Positions 39,533-52,426 of a stretch of DNA of 64,000 nt are shown here, piece after piece. The notes under the pieces were generated by a model that was given only the letters and a program-made list of their open reading frames with translations, did not search any database and was not told the DNA's origin. Numbering within the stretch: the first letter of the stretch is position 1; the number at the start of each line of letters is the position of its first letter. The stretch is from Fonticula alba ATCC 38817 (Eukaryota; Protista; Nucleariida): assembly GCA_000388065.2 (NCBI GenBank), contig KB932201.1; one strand, written 5' to 3'. Position numbers and translations under genes: made by a program.

Positions 39533-42500
39533 CTATGTGCTCGCCACAGGGGGCTGTCCATTACTGGCACCCATGACTAGACTCACTGGGAGCCCGTACA
39601 CCACGGCCGCAGCGCCATTGAGAAAGCGCAGGCGACAACGTCGCCTGGCACGGGCCACCGCCAGCGGGATCGTCTCCCCCCCGCTGGTATGACTGGCATC
39701 GCCGCCTGCCTCTGGCCCAATGCCCGCCGGATCCTCCTCCAACAGCGGAAGTCCGAGAAGCTGGAGCATGCGCGCTGTGAGGAGGTCTGCATCACGATCG
39801 GACACAGCCCAGAGATTCCCCACGACCGTCGGGCTGCATGGTCGATTCATGGACACAGGACAGGAAGAGGAGGGTGTTAGCATAACATGAATTGCAATGG
39901 GGGAGGGGGGGGGATATTTTGGTCTCCCTCTCCGAAAGGTCAGCTGGACGATGCGCACCTCCCGCCGAGTAATTGTGAGATGACCGCATGGGGATCGGCC
40001 ACGCTTGAACAGCCCATCAGCAGCATAACTGAGGGCATGTGAGCTGGGAGGTACCGCCTCCCGGTGCCGTGGCCGCAGTAGCTGTGTGCGCGTGGGCACG
40101 TGTGCGCGTTTACATGTTAGAGACAGAGATGGATGGAGACAGAGAGAGAGAGAGAGAGGGGGAGAGAGAGAGAGAGAGAGAAAGGAAACCGCTGTGGATG
40201 TAGGCTCGCGCAAGCAAAATAACAGCCAGCCATTGCGAGGGGCCCCCGTCGCTCTGCTTTCTTTCCCCCTCCGGTGTACTGAGCACAGGGCAGGGAACAC
40301 GCACAGCACAATGTCCGGCATGCGCTGGGCACCACGGCGGCCAAGGTGCTGGGCGACCTCGGCCCGGGTAACCGGCCCGGCCTTGCCGTGCCAAGGGGAC
40401 ACCATGAGACGCCCCAGTCGGCGCTCCGTATCGGCCAGATCACCCGATGGATTCAAGAGGAAGAAAGGATCATCCACCGGCAAGCGAGCTGGGGGAGCAG
40501 CAAGTGCACCCTCAAGGCGCCCACTCCAGCCGGCTCCTGGCGCAGTCATGAGGGCCACATGCTGGCTGAGGAAAGCTCCCGAAAGTAGCCGCGTCACAGA
40601 GCGCTCCCGCAGGCAGGGCATCGACTCCCAGGGGAGATGCGACATTTTGGGCTCCAAGCACAGGGCAAGGTGGTGGGGCTGACCGGGGCATGGGACGAAA
40701 AGGGCCGCCTCTTCGGAGGACAATGTGTCGGCGTCACCTGCGGCTCTTGTCACAGGCGTTGCCAATAGAAAAGCCAGACGCCAGGAATGCGCCAGCGCTG
40801 CCACCAACGGAGCGGTCACTGCCATCCGGGCGGCCTCTCGGGCAGCTGGTGACCGCCATGCCCAGTCCCCGGCCACGGCTGGCGAGTGAACAAGATCTTC
40901 GAGTAGCTGACGGAGGAGGCTGGCCGATGGCCGGGGACCAACCAGCAGAAGCTGCCGGGCAATGTGGTCCGGAAGCAAACGCGCCATGCATGTGGCTTTG
41001 GCGGGGGTGAGTCAAACCGAATGCAAGGCAGAGGGGGCAGGAGGGGAAACACAGGGCCGAGGATCGTCTCGGCGGTGATGCATGTACCTGAGTCGCCGTG
41101 CTCCTCCAGCCGGCAGAGGTCCCGAATGAAGCGGCCCAGAACCAGCTGGAGGCGATGCTGGACCTCGGCCACGATGGCGGCCGGCTCGGTGTTTTGAAGC
41201 CCCCTTTCCCCGGGGGTCGCGAGGACCGGCGGGGGCAAGAGCAGGACATGCCAAATCCCCAAGACCTCGGCCTCCAGGTCGCCACACACCGCCTCCAGAT
41301 CACGGTCCAGCTGAAGGCGCTCAGTCCACCATTCGCGTGCCCCAGAGGAGTCAGCCCCGCTCCCCCCGGCAGCCATGGTCCCAGCCCTTTCCAGGGACCG
41401 AGTGTTGTCCAGCATGATGTCGGTAAATCGCCGGGCGATTGACGCAAAGGCCCTGGTGGGGCGGCCTCCGAGCTGGACCGAAAGAAGACGGCTCGTTTGT
41501 GGTGCACACGTCCGAGGGGCAGTCGATGTCCTTTCGGCAGCCACCGTGGCCACTGGCCCTGGCAGTGGAACAAAAAGACCAGACTCCATGATGGGAGCAT
41601 TCGAGGGGGCACAAGCGCACGTGCCGCTGCCTCCTTGGGGCAGCTCTCCGAGCACCAGAGTCAGTGACAGGGCGCCGTCGTCAATGCGCCCGTCGCCGGA
41701 TTCGCACGCCCCAATGCCTGGCGCTCGAGCAAGTTGTGCGAAGGTCCACAGTGGTGGCAACTCGGTGGCCAGCCTCGCGAGAGCAGGACCAGCCGGACAT
41801 CTTGGCAGTCCAGGAAATGGCGGATCCGGGACTGGCGTCTCCCCTGTGGCTGAGGGTGGCCTGAGAAACTGAAGGCGTCGGTGCGTGGCCACCGAGGTGC
41901 CAAGCAGACGACATGCAAGCAGGTCGTCCAAGCTGGCGGTTGGTCCTGCCTCGCCTGGGTCCAGGCACCGGCGTGCAACCTGAGCCTCGGTCTGTCGTAA
42001 GGCCGCTGTGAAGCAAGCAATTCCCGCATGGCGAAAGAGTTCCGGCAGGTGGTCAGACGGCTGGCTGGGAGGGGCTTCGACGCGCGGCACCTTCCCGGCA
42101 TCCGGCCAGAAGCCACCAGAGGCCGGGCGCTTGAGGGACCCGGGGGCGGACCCCGGTCGCGACGCTGCCCCGGGCAGGGCAAAGGGACCCGACGATGGCC
42201 GGCCATTGTCAGACCCAGGCGGAGGAGCTGCCCGGAAGACGCCCAGCCCACTGCGACCTGTGGGCATGGGCGTGGCAGACATCGGGCCTGGAGGAGGCGC
42301 CGGGGCTGAGCGTGGCCGGCCCAATGTCCGAGCACCCTTGATTGGTCCAGCTCGAAGAAAGAGGCTGGCTCGACCGCCGGTCGGCGCGGTTGAAGGTCGC
42401 ACAGACGGCGACTCGCGAGAAATCTCCACCGGCGCAGCGAACCACCCTGCCGTTCGGGTGTCCGGCCTGTCGAGCATTTGACCGAAGGCCCTGGGCCCCG

Positions 42501-43851
42501 AGGTCGCATCGAGGACGGGCCAGGCCTCCGGGGTGGTGGCCGAGTCACTCGGCTGTGGCCGGAAGGTGGCCACGCTCGGCGCCACAAACAAGACGGAAGG
42601 AGACTGAAGGGCCCATCGAGATGATGAAGCGTCAGAAGGGGCGCACAGGCGACGGGGGGGGGGACGGTGGCGTGCGGGAAGGCACTGGCGGATGAAGATG
42701 GAAGGTGCGGAGCGGGCTGAGGCGAGGAGCAAAAAACGCACATCTGCTGCGACGGTGCCTTCTGCCTCCGGGCTGTCGGCCTCGGCCAACGGGATCCAGG
42801 GGCGCTTGGCCAGTTCGGCGCAGAGGGTCTCCGCATCGGCAATATGGCCGGCACAGCGTAGCTGCTGTGCTAGGTGTAGGAATAGCCGAGCGTGACACTG
42901 GGCCTCGCTGTACATCTGCGCCCGGAGGTACAGCAGGCAGAGAAGTCGCTGAACCAGGATCGAGGCCTCTGTGACCAGCCGGAAGGTGAGTCTCATCTGG
43001 GCCAGCGCTGGGTCGGGAGCCCCACTGGCGGTAGCGGGGGCGGGAAGCTGGGGCTCAAGGGTGCGGGCCTGCACGCCACAGAGGGCTGCCAGGCGACTGA
43101 TGCCGGTGGAGGCGCGCTGAGCCATGGCCATGGCCATGCCATGCTCGCCCTGAGTGAGGTGAATGCAAAGCAGCAAACGNNNNNNNNNNNNNNNNNNNNN
43201 NNNNNNNNNNNNNNNNNNNNNNNNNNNNNNNNNNGGGGGGGGGGGGCATCTACGCTGGCTGTTCAGCAGATGGGCACATACCTGTGCCAGGTAAATGGTG
43301 GCTTGAAGGAGCTCCAAACGCGACAGGTGCAAAAGGAGGCGACCCTGTTGGCGGGAAGAGCGGGCATCTGTGCTAGGGCCTGGCAGGGCCTCGCACGCCA
43401 TCCGATGTAGCCGGCGAACAGCGTCCACCAAGAGATCCAGATCTCCCCGGGTAAGGGACGTAGCGCGGCCCGGCGCCAGGGCCACTAGGGCGGTCGATGT
43501 GGCTTCCAGCAGTCGAGACTCATCCAGCGGTGCAGCCGCCAGGCGGAGCAACTCCTCTTGCGGCGAGGATGGCCCATCAACTGGGCGACCCTGCAGACCG
43601 GCCGGGAGGCAGCCCTCCAGAGAAGCACACCCGGGGCTCCCCCGGAGGAGACACTCGCCGATGGCCATGCGAACGCGAGTGGGCAGCGGCTTGGAGGGGG
43701 GTGGGACAGAGAAAAAAAAACAAGGATGGCGCAAAGCGGCGGCGGAAGAGGGGGCTGGGTGGAGATCGTCCCGAGGGGGAGGAGGGGGGAGGCGTGGGAC
43801 AATGCAGCTTGCCAAGCGTGGGGGGGGGAATTTAAATCTGCCCGGTATCAT
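39533..43851 (-). CDS. ESP1: Separase (peptidase C50); N-terminal exons uncertain and interrupted by a gap
   Basis: C-terminal exons 40951-40305, 40081-39959, 39833-39533 give HLPWESMPCLR, FFLLNPSGDL, catalytic VLYCGHG and LLMGCSS, VVGNLWAVSDRD and GAAAVVYGLP. The upstream frame 41053-43851 includes WWTERLQLD and a helical N-terminal region. Confidence 0.88.
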
Positions 43852-44180
43852 CGCCCCGATCGCTCTGGTGTGTTCAGTTAACCTTTAATCCAATCGGCCC
43901 TGGCTCGAATGGTTGACTGGGGCGCAAAAGAAAAAGCACAGAATGACCATGAGGCATCTATATTTCAGTGAGGGGGGACTTTCTACAAGGAGTAAAACTC
44001 AGGAGGGGAAGGGAGGGGGAAAAAGCAAGGACAGGGGTGCGCTAGCGGCGGCACGGGGAAGAAGGGGAGAGAGAGGGGGCGGAGGGAGGAAGAAAGAGCA
44101 TAGGTGGAGGGAGACTGCAAGGACAGGACACGTCACAAAGACGACGGCGAAGAGGGGGGGGGGGGGGGGGCATTGGTCGA

Positions 44181-45612
44181 CTAGACATTGGACCAGAGCC
44201 GACCGGACAGAACCTCATAGGCCACGAGGGTGATGGTAGCCGAGGGCACCACACGCATGAGGTTTGCTCCGAGGCCGCGATATAGCGCCGAGAAGCCCTC
44301 CTCATTGATGACGGTCGCCGCCGCGCGGAAGAGGCCACCATCATAGAGGCCACCAAGGTGCGAAGAAATCTGGATTCGGGTGCGCAGGACCTCATGCGGA
44401 TATGTCAGGGAGGAGGCGATGACCTTGGACGTGCAGGAGGCCATGGCCACCTGCCAGATGGACAGATAGGCTGCGGCATCATCACCAGGGCCGCCCTTCT
44501 TGGCCTCTGTGCAAATCGGCCGGGAAAGGGGAGGGACAAATGGGGGAGGCGGAAAAGGGTGGTAAGTCTGGCTGTGAGGCGTTCATGCGCAGATGTGTGT
44601 ATGTGCTTGTGTGCCCCGGTGACCGGAGGGGGAGGGGGGGGGGACAGAAACAGTGGGAGTAAAAGTAAGACGCACGGTGGGCAAGAAGCTGAGTCCGCAG
44701 ATACTCATAGAGGGGGAAGTGCACAGCAACGTGGGTGAGGCCCAGGAAGGAGGCTGGTAGGCCACGGTAGAACCCGGAGAAGCCCTCGCTGCGGAATATA
44801 GACTGGGCGGTGGATGAGATCGAGGCATAGGCGGTATTTGGATCGCATGCAATCGCACGCCCGGCGGCTGCCCGGGATTGGGAGGTCGGAGGCAAAAGGG
44901 CACTCGTCTAGGTGGGGCGTGTTCGGGGAAGAAACGAAGGGGGGGGGGGGGGTGTTGGCGAACGTGGGGGGATGGCGACGTGTGTGGCGAAAGGGGGGAG
45001 GGGGGGGATGTAAAGATGGAGTGTCGTGGAAGAGGGGGAGAGAGAAAAGGGGTCGCGACACGAGCGCACCATCATTCGCGTTTTGATCACCCAGATAGGA
45101 TTGGTGGCGGTGGCAGTCATGCCGCCAGCAACCACGGCCGACAGGACGTTCACGGCAATCTGGCGGTTGGCCCACGGGGTGGTTGAGCCACCGCTCTCTG
45201 TGGAGGAGAAAAGGGCGTGCCGGTCGCACAGAGACTTGACTGTCTCGTAGATTGTGAAGTAAATGGCCCAGTTGGGGATATAACCGGCCAGGGTGGGCGA
45301 CAAGCCGCGGTAGAGTCCACGGACGCCCTCCTGGCGGGAAATCCGCACCAACGCATCGAATGGACCGCGGTAGCGCTTCTCCGGGGCCACGGACGATGAA
45401 GACTGCAACTGCAGGCGAGTTTTCACCACATCCAGCGGACAGGTGGCCAGCGCGGCAATCAAGCCGGACCCGGCTCCGGCGACAAGGGACCGCAGTGTGT
45501 CTCTCCTGTGTTGGTGGCGTTAGCACATGACACGGAGGGAGGCGGGCAAGGGCAAGGACAAGGCAGGAGCCCCGTACCGGGATTTGGAGGCTGCGGTCGC
45601 ATCACTGGACAT
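44181..45612 (-). CDS. Mitochondrial carrier (SLC25), NAD+ transporter Ndt1/Ndt2-like, about 342 aa
   Basis: Exons 45612-45578, 45505-45070, 44907-44676, 44506-44181. Three carrier signatures (CPLDVVKTR, NPIWVIKTR, YPHEVLRTR); GYIPNWAIYF and GLTHVAVHFPLYE match the NDT subfamily pattern. Confidence 0.85.
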
Positions 45613-46018
45613 GGTAATGCGGGGGGGGAGGGGGAGGGCGGCGGCTCGAGTGGCCGGTCCTACACAGATCCTGAGGGGAGGGGGGAGGGGCACTGGAATC
45701 TGGCGGAATTTTCAGGCGGGGCGGAGAGGGGGGAGTGGGTGGGAGAGGGGGGCGGAAGAGGGGGAAGGGGGAGGGAGGGAGGAGAGTGTGCTGTCTCCGG
45801 GCACGGTGCGGGTGTGTGCCAAGGCGGAGGCCTTTTCCGGAGTAGAGACGGGAGGGGTGTGCGGGATCACCCATCTTGGGTCCTCCCGGTGCCCGCCGCT
45901 ACAACAAGTACACCTCCTGAGAGTGTCGGGCCCAGGAGGCACGGGGGACCATGGCGTGCCTCACCAGCTGGCAGGTGGGGAAGGAACAGAAAAAAACAGC
46001 GCCGACGGATGCCCTTCG

Positions 46019-46066
<48 letters not shown>

Positions 46067-46174
46067 CCGCCGGGGGGGGGGGGGCGGCGGGCGCCCCCCC
46101 GGCGGGGCGCCCCCCGCCTCCCTCCCGGGGGGGGGGCGGGGGGGGAAAGAAACACGGGGGGGGGCGCGCGGGGG

Positions 46175-46246
<72 letters not shown>

Positions 46247-47140
46247 NNNNNNNNNNNNNNNNNNNNNNNNNNNNNNNNNNNNNNNNNNNNNNNNNNNNNN
46301 NNNNNNNNNNNNNNNNNNNNNNNNNNNNNNNNNNNNNNNNNNNNNNNNNNNNNNNNNNNNNNNNNNNNNNNNNNNNNNNNNNNNNNNNNNNNNNNNNNNN
46401 NNNNNNNNNNNNCCCCCCCCCCCCCCCCCCCGTCGCCGCTCTCCTGCTCACTTGGGTGTATACGACGCCCATCTCCCGGCTGCAGAGGGACACGCAACAC
46501 TTGCGCTCGGCACGGGGCCCGGCAAAAGAGGCGAGCCATCCCGTCGGCTGGCTTATGACTGCGGCTTCCATGCCTCCGCGCCCCGGTCGCCAGAGCGGGA
46601 GGCGTTTGATAGTGGCTGCGTTGGCATCTGGGGTGATAGCCATCGGGCCGACGGTGGTGGGCTCGGTCATCATGTGTGGAGGGGGAGGGCGTGTGATCGA
46701 CGCGCGGCGGCGCCCTGCGTTGATTTCGGCGTCGGGCGCCACACGAGCACATGAAACGACATCCTGGCCGGCACAGCCGGCACAGGGAGACACGAACCGC
46801 CACCCCATGGCCGATCCATGCACTTTGTCCCCTGGCCCCTCTGCCGACCTCCCAGAAGGAGCTCCTTCGAGCACAGGCCTGCGGGGGAGAGTGCGAGGAG
46901 CGGGAAGAGGGAGAGGGTAGACACAAGATGTCCGCGGCAGCTTTTGTGTGTATATTGTACATTTTCTGACGACCACCGGAAGCGCTGGAAGGGAGAAACA
47001 AATGGATACGTACCCTCCAGCAAGCGGGGGGGGGGGGGTGGGAGGGGGGAATGATCTAGGCAGACAAGGACTGGGGAAGGGGGGGGGGGGGGGGGGAGGA
47101 ATGCGGAGGAGCGAGCGATGTCGCACTGGCACCGGTGGCG

Positions 47141-48807
47141 CTAGTGGCGCTTGTGGGGCTGCCTCTTGCGCCAGGCTGGCTCTTTGGTGTTGCGACTCCT
47201 CCGGCCCGCGCGGGTGGACTGCCCTGAGATCGGGGCGGTGGCGGTGGCGGAGTCAGCAGCAGCGCCAGCATCCGCGGTCGGGACATCCAATTGCTCCAGG
47301 TCAAAGTCATCGTCGGTGGCAGTGTCACCATCGTCGGCGGCGTCCTCCTCGGTGCCGGCGCCCCCGGCGGACTTGCGCTCGGCGGCCAGGCTCTTGCGCC
47401 TCAGGCGCTCGGCGGCCACAGCGGCCGCCTCCTCGCGGCGCTTGGTCTCCGCTTCGGACCGCAGGGCGGCCTCCCACTCGGTAGCCACGGCGCGGTAGAC
47501 CTCCACCGCAGCACGGGCATCCTCGCCGGGATGATGCTCACCGACCTGGATGGCCAGGCCCAACAGGCAGGCAGCCAGGGCACGCAGGGAGGGGGACGCG
47601 CGGCCGCGCATCTTCATGGCCTCGCGCAGGGGCTGGAAGCGGGCCGTGTCACGGATCAGGTGTCGGGGATGGCGCATGTTGAGGGCAGCGAAATCGTTCT
47701 TCAAATCATGGCCAATGACAATGCGCCCGGTGAGCAAGTTTCCAACCTGCACCTGGGCCTGGTGCAGAGGGACAACATGTGGCCCCTCGAGATCCTGTGG
47801 CCGGATGCCGGAAAAGCGCGTCCGATAGTCGACAATCTCCTCCTCCGGCTTGACGAAGAGATCGAGCACGACATGCCCGTGGAGGTTGACCACGACCACG
47901 CGGGCCAGGGCGGACGCGCGCCCGCCCGGGCCGACACCCACCATCTCACAATCAAGGCCGACCTTGTTGCCAAGTCTGGTGATGGAATGGAGAACGTAGG
48001 GTGTCAGCGTGTGTGTGTGTGTGTGTGTGTGTGCGGGGGGGGGGGGGGAGGCAGAGGTGCACATCGACAAGGGAGAGGGGGGAAGAGCACGCACCGGGTG
48101 TTGCCCTTGGGCTCCATGAAGGTGCGCAGATCCAGCGGATTAGACACGAGGTAGCGCGTGCGTAGGTACTGCATCATGTTGGCGTCGTCCGGGGAAATGC
48201 GAGAGAAAGCCAGGCTGCCGAGAGCGAGCCTATGGGGTGGGAGGAAGGAGAGGGAAGGAGGGGGACGGGGGGGGAGGCAGAGGGGGTCAGTCAACAGCAG
48301 GGCAGGGAGGGGCAGAGGGAATGGACACACGCGCCCGGGCATCACAACGCACTTGTACCCACCAGTGGAGGCTCCCTCGGCTGAGTCGCCAGAAGTAGCA
48401 GCGGGAGTGGCGGCGGCGGCATCGGTGGAGACAGTGTCGAGCTTGGCGCGCTTGACCAGGACCGTATCCACACCGTCAGCATCCTCATCATCTGACACGG
48501 CGAGCGGGCGCTTGGATGGAGCCTTGGGCTTGGGCTTGGGGGCATTGGGCCGCTTGGTGGCCTTGGCGATGGGCTTCTTCGTCTCGGCGGCCGACGGGGT
48601 GGCATGCTTGGCCTTGGCGATGGGCTTCTTCGTCTCGGCGGCCGACTGACGGTGGTTTCGGTGCGAAAAGGGGGAAAAAAACAAAGGGAGCCGGCGTGTC
48701 AGTAGAGGAGGGGGGAGGAGAGGCGGGGAGAGGAGGAGAGGACGGACCGCCTTAGTTGGGCGCCGGGATTTCCAGTTGGAGGAGATGGAGTTGAGAATGC
48801 TGCTCAT
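47141..48807 (-). CDS. REX4: REX4/REXO4 DEDDh RNA exonuclease, about 440 aa
   Basis: Exons 48807-48748, 48645-48353, 48229-48095, 47975-47141. N-terminal SSNWK motif; GLDCEMVGVG, VDYRTRFSGI, IGHDLKNDF, IRDTARF, PSLRAL, IQVGEHHPGEDARAA. Confidence 0.9.
48558..48646. repeat. Direct tandem repeat (38 nt identical, 51 nt period) inside REX4 exon 2
   Basis: Copies at 48558-48595 and 48609-48646 encode SAAETKKPIAKA twice. Confidence 0.9.
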
Positions 48808-50443
48808 GCTGGCACGATCGGGACCCAATGGGAATGAGGGGGGGGGGNNNNNNNNNNNNNNNNNNNNNNNNNNNNNNNNNNNNNNNNNNNNNNNNNNNNN
48901 NNNNNNNNNNNNNNNNNNNNNNNNNNGGGGGGAGGACTTCTGCGACACCGGGACACAGGAGAGGGGAGAGACACAGAGGAGGGGCAATCTGACCAACACG
49001 GCTACCGGGCGCACAGTCGGACAGGGGCCAGGGCGAAGCCGGGGCGGGAACTCACGGGGAGTGGGTGGGCCTGCGCCGCGGAGCTCAGAGGAGGAGAGTA
49101 CGGAGGGGAAAGGGGGGGGGGGGGGAGAGGAAGGGGGAGGAGAGGCAGTTGTATGACGCGCGTTCCCCCCGGGGGCAAGACGCGGCGGCCGACCGCGCTC
49201 TTTGAAAAAGAGCACTCGCGGGGCCAACGCAGGGCTGGGCGCATGGCGGATGGGGCACGAGGTGTGTTGGTCACGCCACTGGATTCCGCAATGTCGATGG
49301 ATCATGTGCCCTGCCCGCACGCTTCGCAGGACACACCCTCCGGCCCCGGGTGCGGAAAAGGCTCTGTCGCCTCTGCGGCAGCCGTGGCGGACCATTAAAT
49401 AACCGGGGCCAATATACCCTTCTCTTTGGGGGAGACCGGCCGAGCCGGGAGTCCGAGGCTGCTCCTCGGAGGAAAGAGCAGTCAACCCGAGCTCCCGCCC
49501 TGTTCTTGCGCGGCTGTGAAAACAACCCCAGCTCCGGCCTGGGTCTCGTCGCGGCCGGGCAGGCGGCGGGCCCCTCGTTCGCACTGCGGTTGACCGTTGT
49601 CTCTGCCGGTCCTTTTGTTTGGGCTGTTATCTGCTTTTGGAGCGACGTTCAGATGTGGGCAGTCGAGGTCCTCGTGCTGTCCCCCCCCCCCCCCCCCCCG
49701 GAGAAGGGAGAGGGCTGCCCGTGTGTGGTGGCTGTGGTCTCAAGCCGTCTCGGCTCCTTCCAGAAGGCGCTGCCGGGAAGCCTCTCGCCGTCAATGCGAC
49801 GCGCGGCAGGGTGTAGGGTGATGTGCAGTGCATGGTGTGTTCGGGGCGCTGTGCGGAAGTAACCGAGGTGTGTATGTGTGTGTGTATGTAGCTGGGAGAG
49901 GGGAAGAGGGCTGGACGGCTCGCCCGCCTGGTCGGGCTCCCCCCCGACCGGTGGGTGTATTCCTTCCTTGGGTGGAGGGGGCGCGCGGGGCAGGGCCACG
50001 GAGCCCGTTGGCTTTCCATGGGCCAGGTGCCGGGCCGCCCCCGTCACCCCCCGGTCGGCGGGCAGGGAGAGGGGGGGGGGGGGGGGGAATGGGGCGCGGT
50101 CGCACCCGCGCATGTGCGCGCCCACGCGCCCGAGCGGTGTGCCCGTTGGCGCCTGGGTCCCCCGTGAGAGGAACCCCCCGGTAGGTTGGTTGTTCTCTTT
50201 CTCCCACTCTTGTACTGCGAGGCTTGCTGCTTCCCGTGGCTCCACTAGCGCCTCCCCCCCTCCCCCCCGGGGTGTGGGCATGCCTGTGTATGTGCGTGTG
50301 CATGCATGCGCGGGCGCGGGAGAGGTTACCGACACCAAGTTGCGACTTTAAGGGGATCTGGCACGAGTACTCCACCGACGGTGGACGGTCTCTTTCTCTT
50401 TTGTTTTGTTTTGTCATAACTTTACATTTAGAGATTATCAAAG

Positions 50444-51706
50444 ATGGCTGTTCGTCTCCCTCCTCCTCCTCCTCCCCCCTCTTGCCTCCTTCCCGCCCCT
50501 CCCCCTCCCCTTGTTCCGCCGGCTGCGCGCGCGCCCCCCCCCCCGGTAGAGATTGAGAGACGCGCGTGTCTTTGTCCATGTCTCCGCGCTCCTTTGTTTG
50601 CCCTGGTCGGCGGGAGACCATGTCACCCCATTGCCGGACAGGAGGAGCTATTCGGGACGAGAGAAGGCGCGAGAGGCCGCGTGTGCACGTCGTCGGGCCT
50701 CCAAGTGCAGGGGGAAACTTCCTTGACTCCTCTCTCCCCCCAGGCGAGAGGGGGAATCTACGCGCGCGCGCACTGTGGACCCCCCGCCCGCGCCCTCTCG
50801 CGCTGCCTCTCTCTCTCTCTCTCTCCCTCTCTGTCTGTCTGTGTCGCGCCCGCTCCTCGCGCGCCGCCCACGCCGTCTCTCTCTCTCTCTCCCCCCGGCC
50901 AGGGGCGCGCACCTGCCCGCGCGTGGACCAGCCCCCCTTTGTCATCCTTTTCGTGATGTCGGATTCACGTCTTGACAATCCGCATCCGACGTCGTATCTA
51001 ACCCCCCCATGCGCCTCTTCCGCGCCTCCCCTTCCCTCTCCCGTAGCTCGCTAAGGATCTCCTCAACCCCAACCCTCAGGCCGAGAAGCAGAAGCACAAG
51101 CTCGACCGCCTCGTCCAGAGCCCCAACTCCTACTTCATGGACGTCAAGTGCCGTGACTGCTACCAGGTCAACGTCGTTTTCTCCCATGCCCAGAGCGTCG
51201 TCCTCTGCGCTGGTTGCTCCGCCGTCCTGTGCCACCCCACCGGTGGTAAGGCTCGCATTGTCGAGGGTGCGTGTCTCCCCTTTGCGGTGCTCTGCTTTTC
51301 GAGGGGGGGAATCTATCGCCAAATGCGCCGGGGGATGGTGTTGGGGGTAGGGCTGGTGATGTGCTCTTTCCCCGCGCGCGGCCACGCCTCTTTCCTTGTC
51401 TCCTCTCGCTTGGTCCGGCGGAGGGGAGGCGCGCACGCACGCGCAGTCGGGACTGCTGCGCTTCTCTCTTGTTTTGTGCCCTGGGCGTGGCCGCCGCCGC
51501 CATGTGTCGCGTGTCTCTCTCTCCTCCGCGCGCGCGCGCGCGCAGGCACGCCGCCGCCGCTGCCGCATATGCTCACTCCGCTCTCTGACCCTTGTTTGTG
51601 CTTCCTCCCCCCTTTCTCTGGATCCCCTTGCCTCTCTCTCTTTCTCTCTCCCCTCTCCGTCGCGCGTGCGCATCCAGGCTGCCGTGTCCGCGTCAAGACC
51701 AACTAA
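50444..51706 (+). CDS. RPS27: 40S ribosomal protein S27 (eS27), 84 aa
   Basis: Exons 50444-50449 (ATG GCT|GTTCGT), 51047-51266, 51678-51706 give [79 protein letters not shown]. Confidence 0.95.
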
Positions 51707-52395
51707 ATTATCTCCCCTGATTTGGTAGGCCCTTGGCTGTGTCCACCACGCGGTGTGTCTCTCCGCCTCCTGGTCTCTCTCTCTCTCTCTCTCTGCTCTG
51801 GGCCGCGCGTGTTGTGCGTGTCGTGCGCGCCCCCCTCCCTCGCACGCAAAACACCCTCATGGTCAAGTTCAAGTAGAGGTCTGAGACTCGGCGAGAGGGC
51901 CACACGCGTGCATCTTGTCAAAAGTCTCCCCTTACACACAATAATACCGCCATCATCTCACACCCACCCCGGCGAGAGGCGTGTTGTGCATATATTCATA
52001 TGTGAGAGACTAAAGAACCCCTTCATGTGTTTTTCCACATCTCCCCTTTCCTCCTTTTCGCGTTTCCTCTTCCTCTCTTCCTCCCCCCCCCTCCCCGACC
52101 TGCGTCCGCGCGTTGTCCGTGTGTATGTGTATCCATCGGTGCCGCCGCCTGTTTTGTGTGCGCGCGCGAGAGTGTGTGTGCATGTCTTCCGCATTCGCCC
52201 AGAGAGGAGGCGGCGAGCAGCGGCACTTGCGCAGGGCAGGGGGAGGGGGCACTCCTTCCCTGGAGAGAGGAGGAGGCGGCGCGGGTTCATTTCCCTGCTG
52301 CTGGTCAGATTCCGAGGGGCCGTTGGGGGGATGGGAGAGGGGTCGTTCCGCGTCTTTCTCCTGCCGATCAACCGCAAGAGCCGTGTATATGGGGC

Positions 52396-52426
<31 letters not shown>

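Noticed and set aside
46020-46431. Long poly-C/poly-G blocks giving polyPro/polyGly ORFs and apparent G-quadruplex or inverted repeats
   Set aside because: They flank an N gap and are typical homopolymer sequencing failure.
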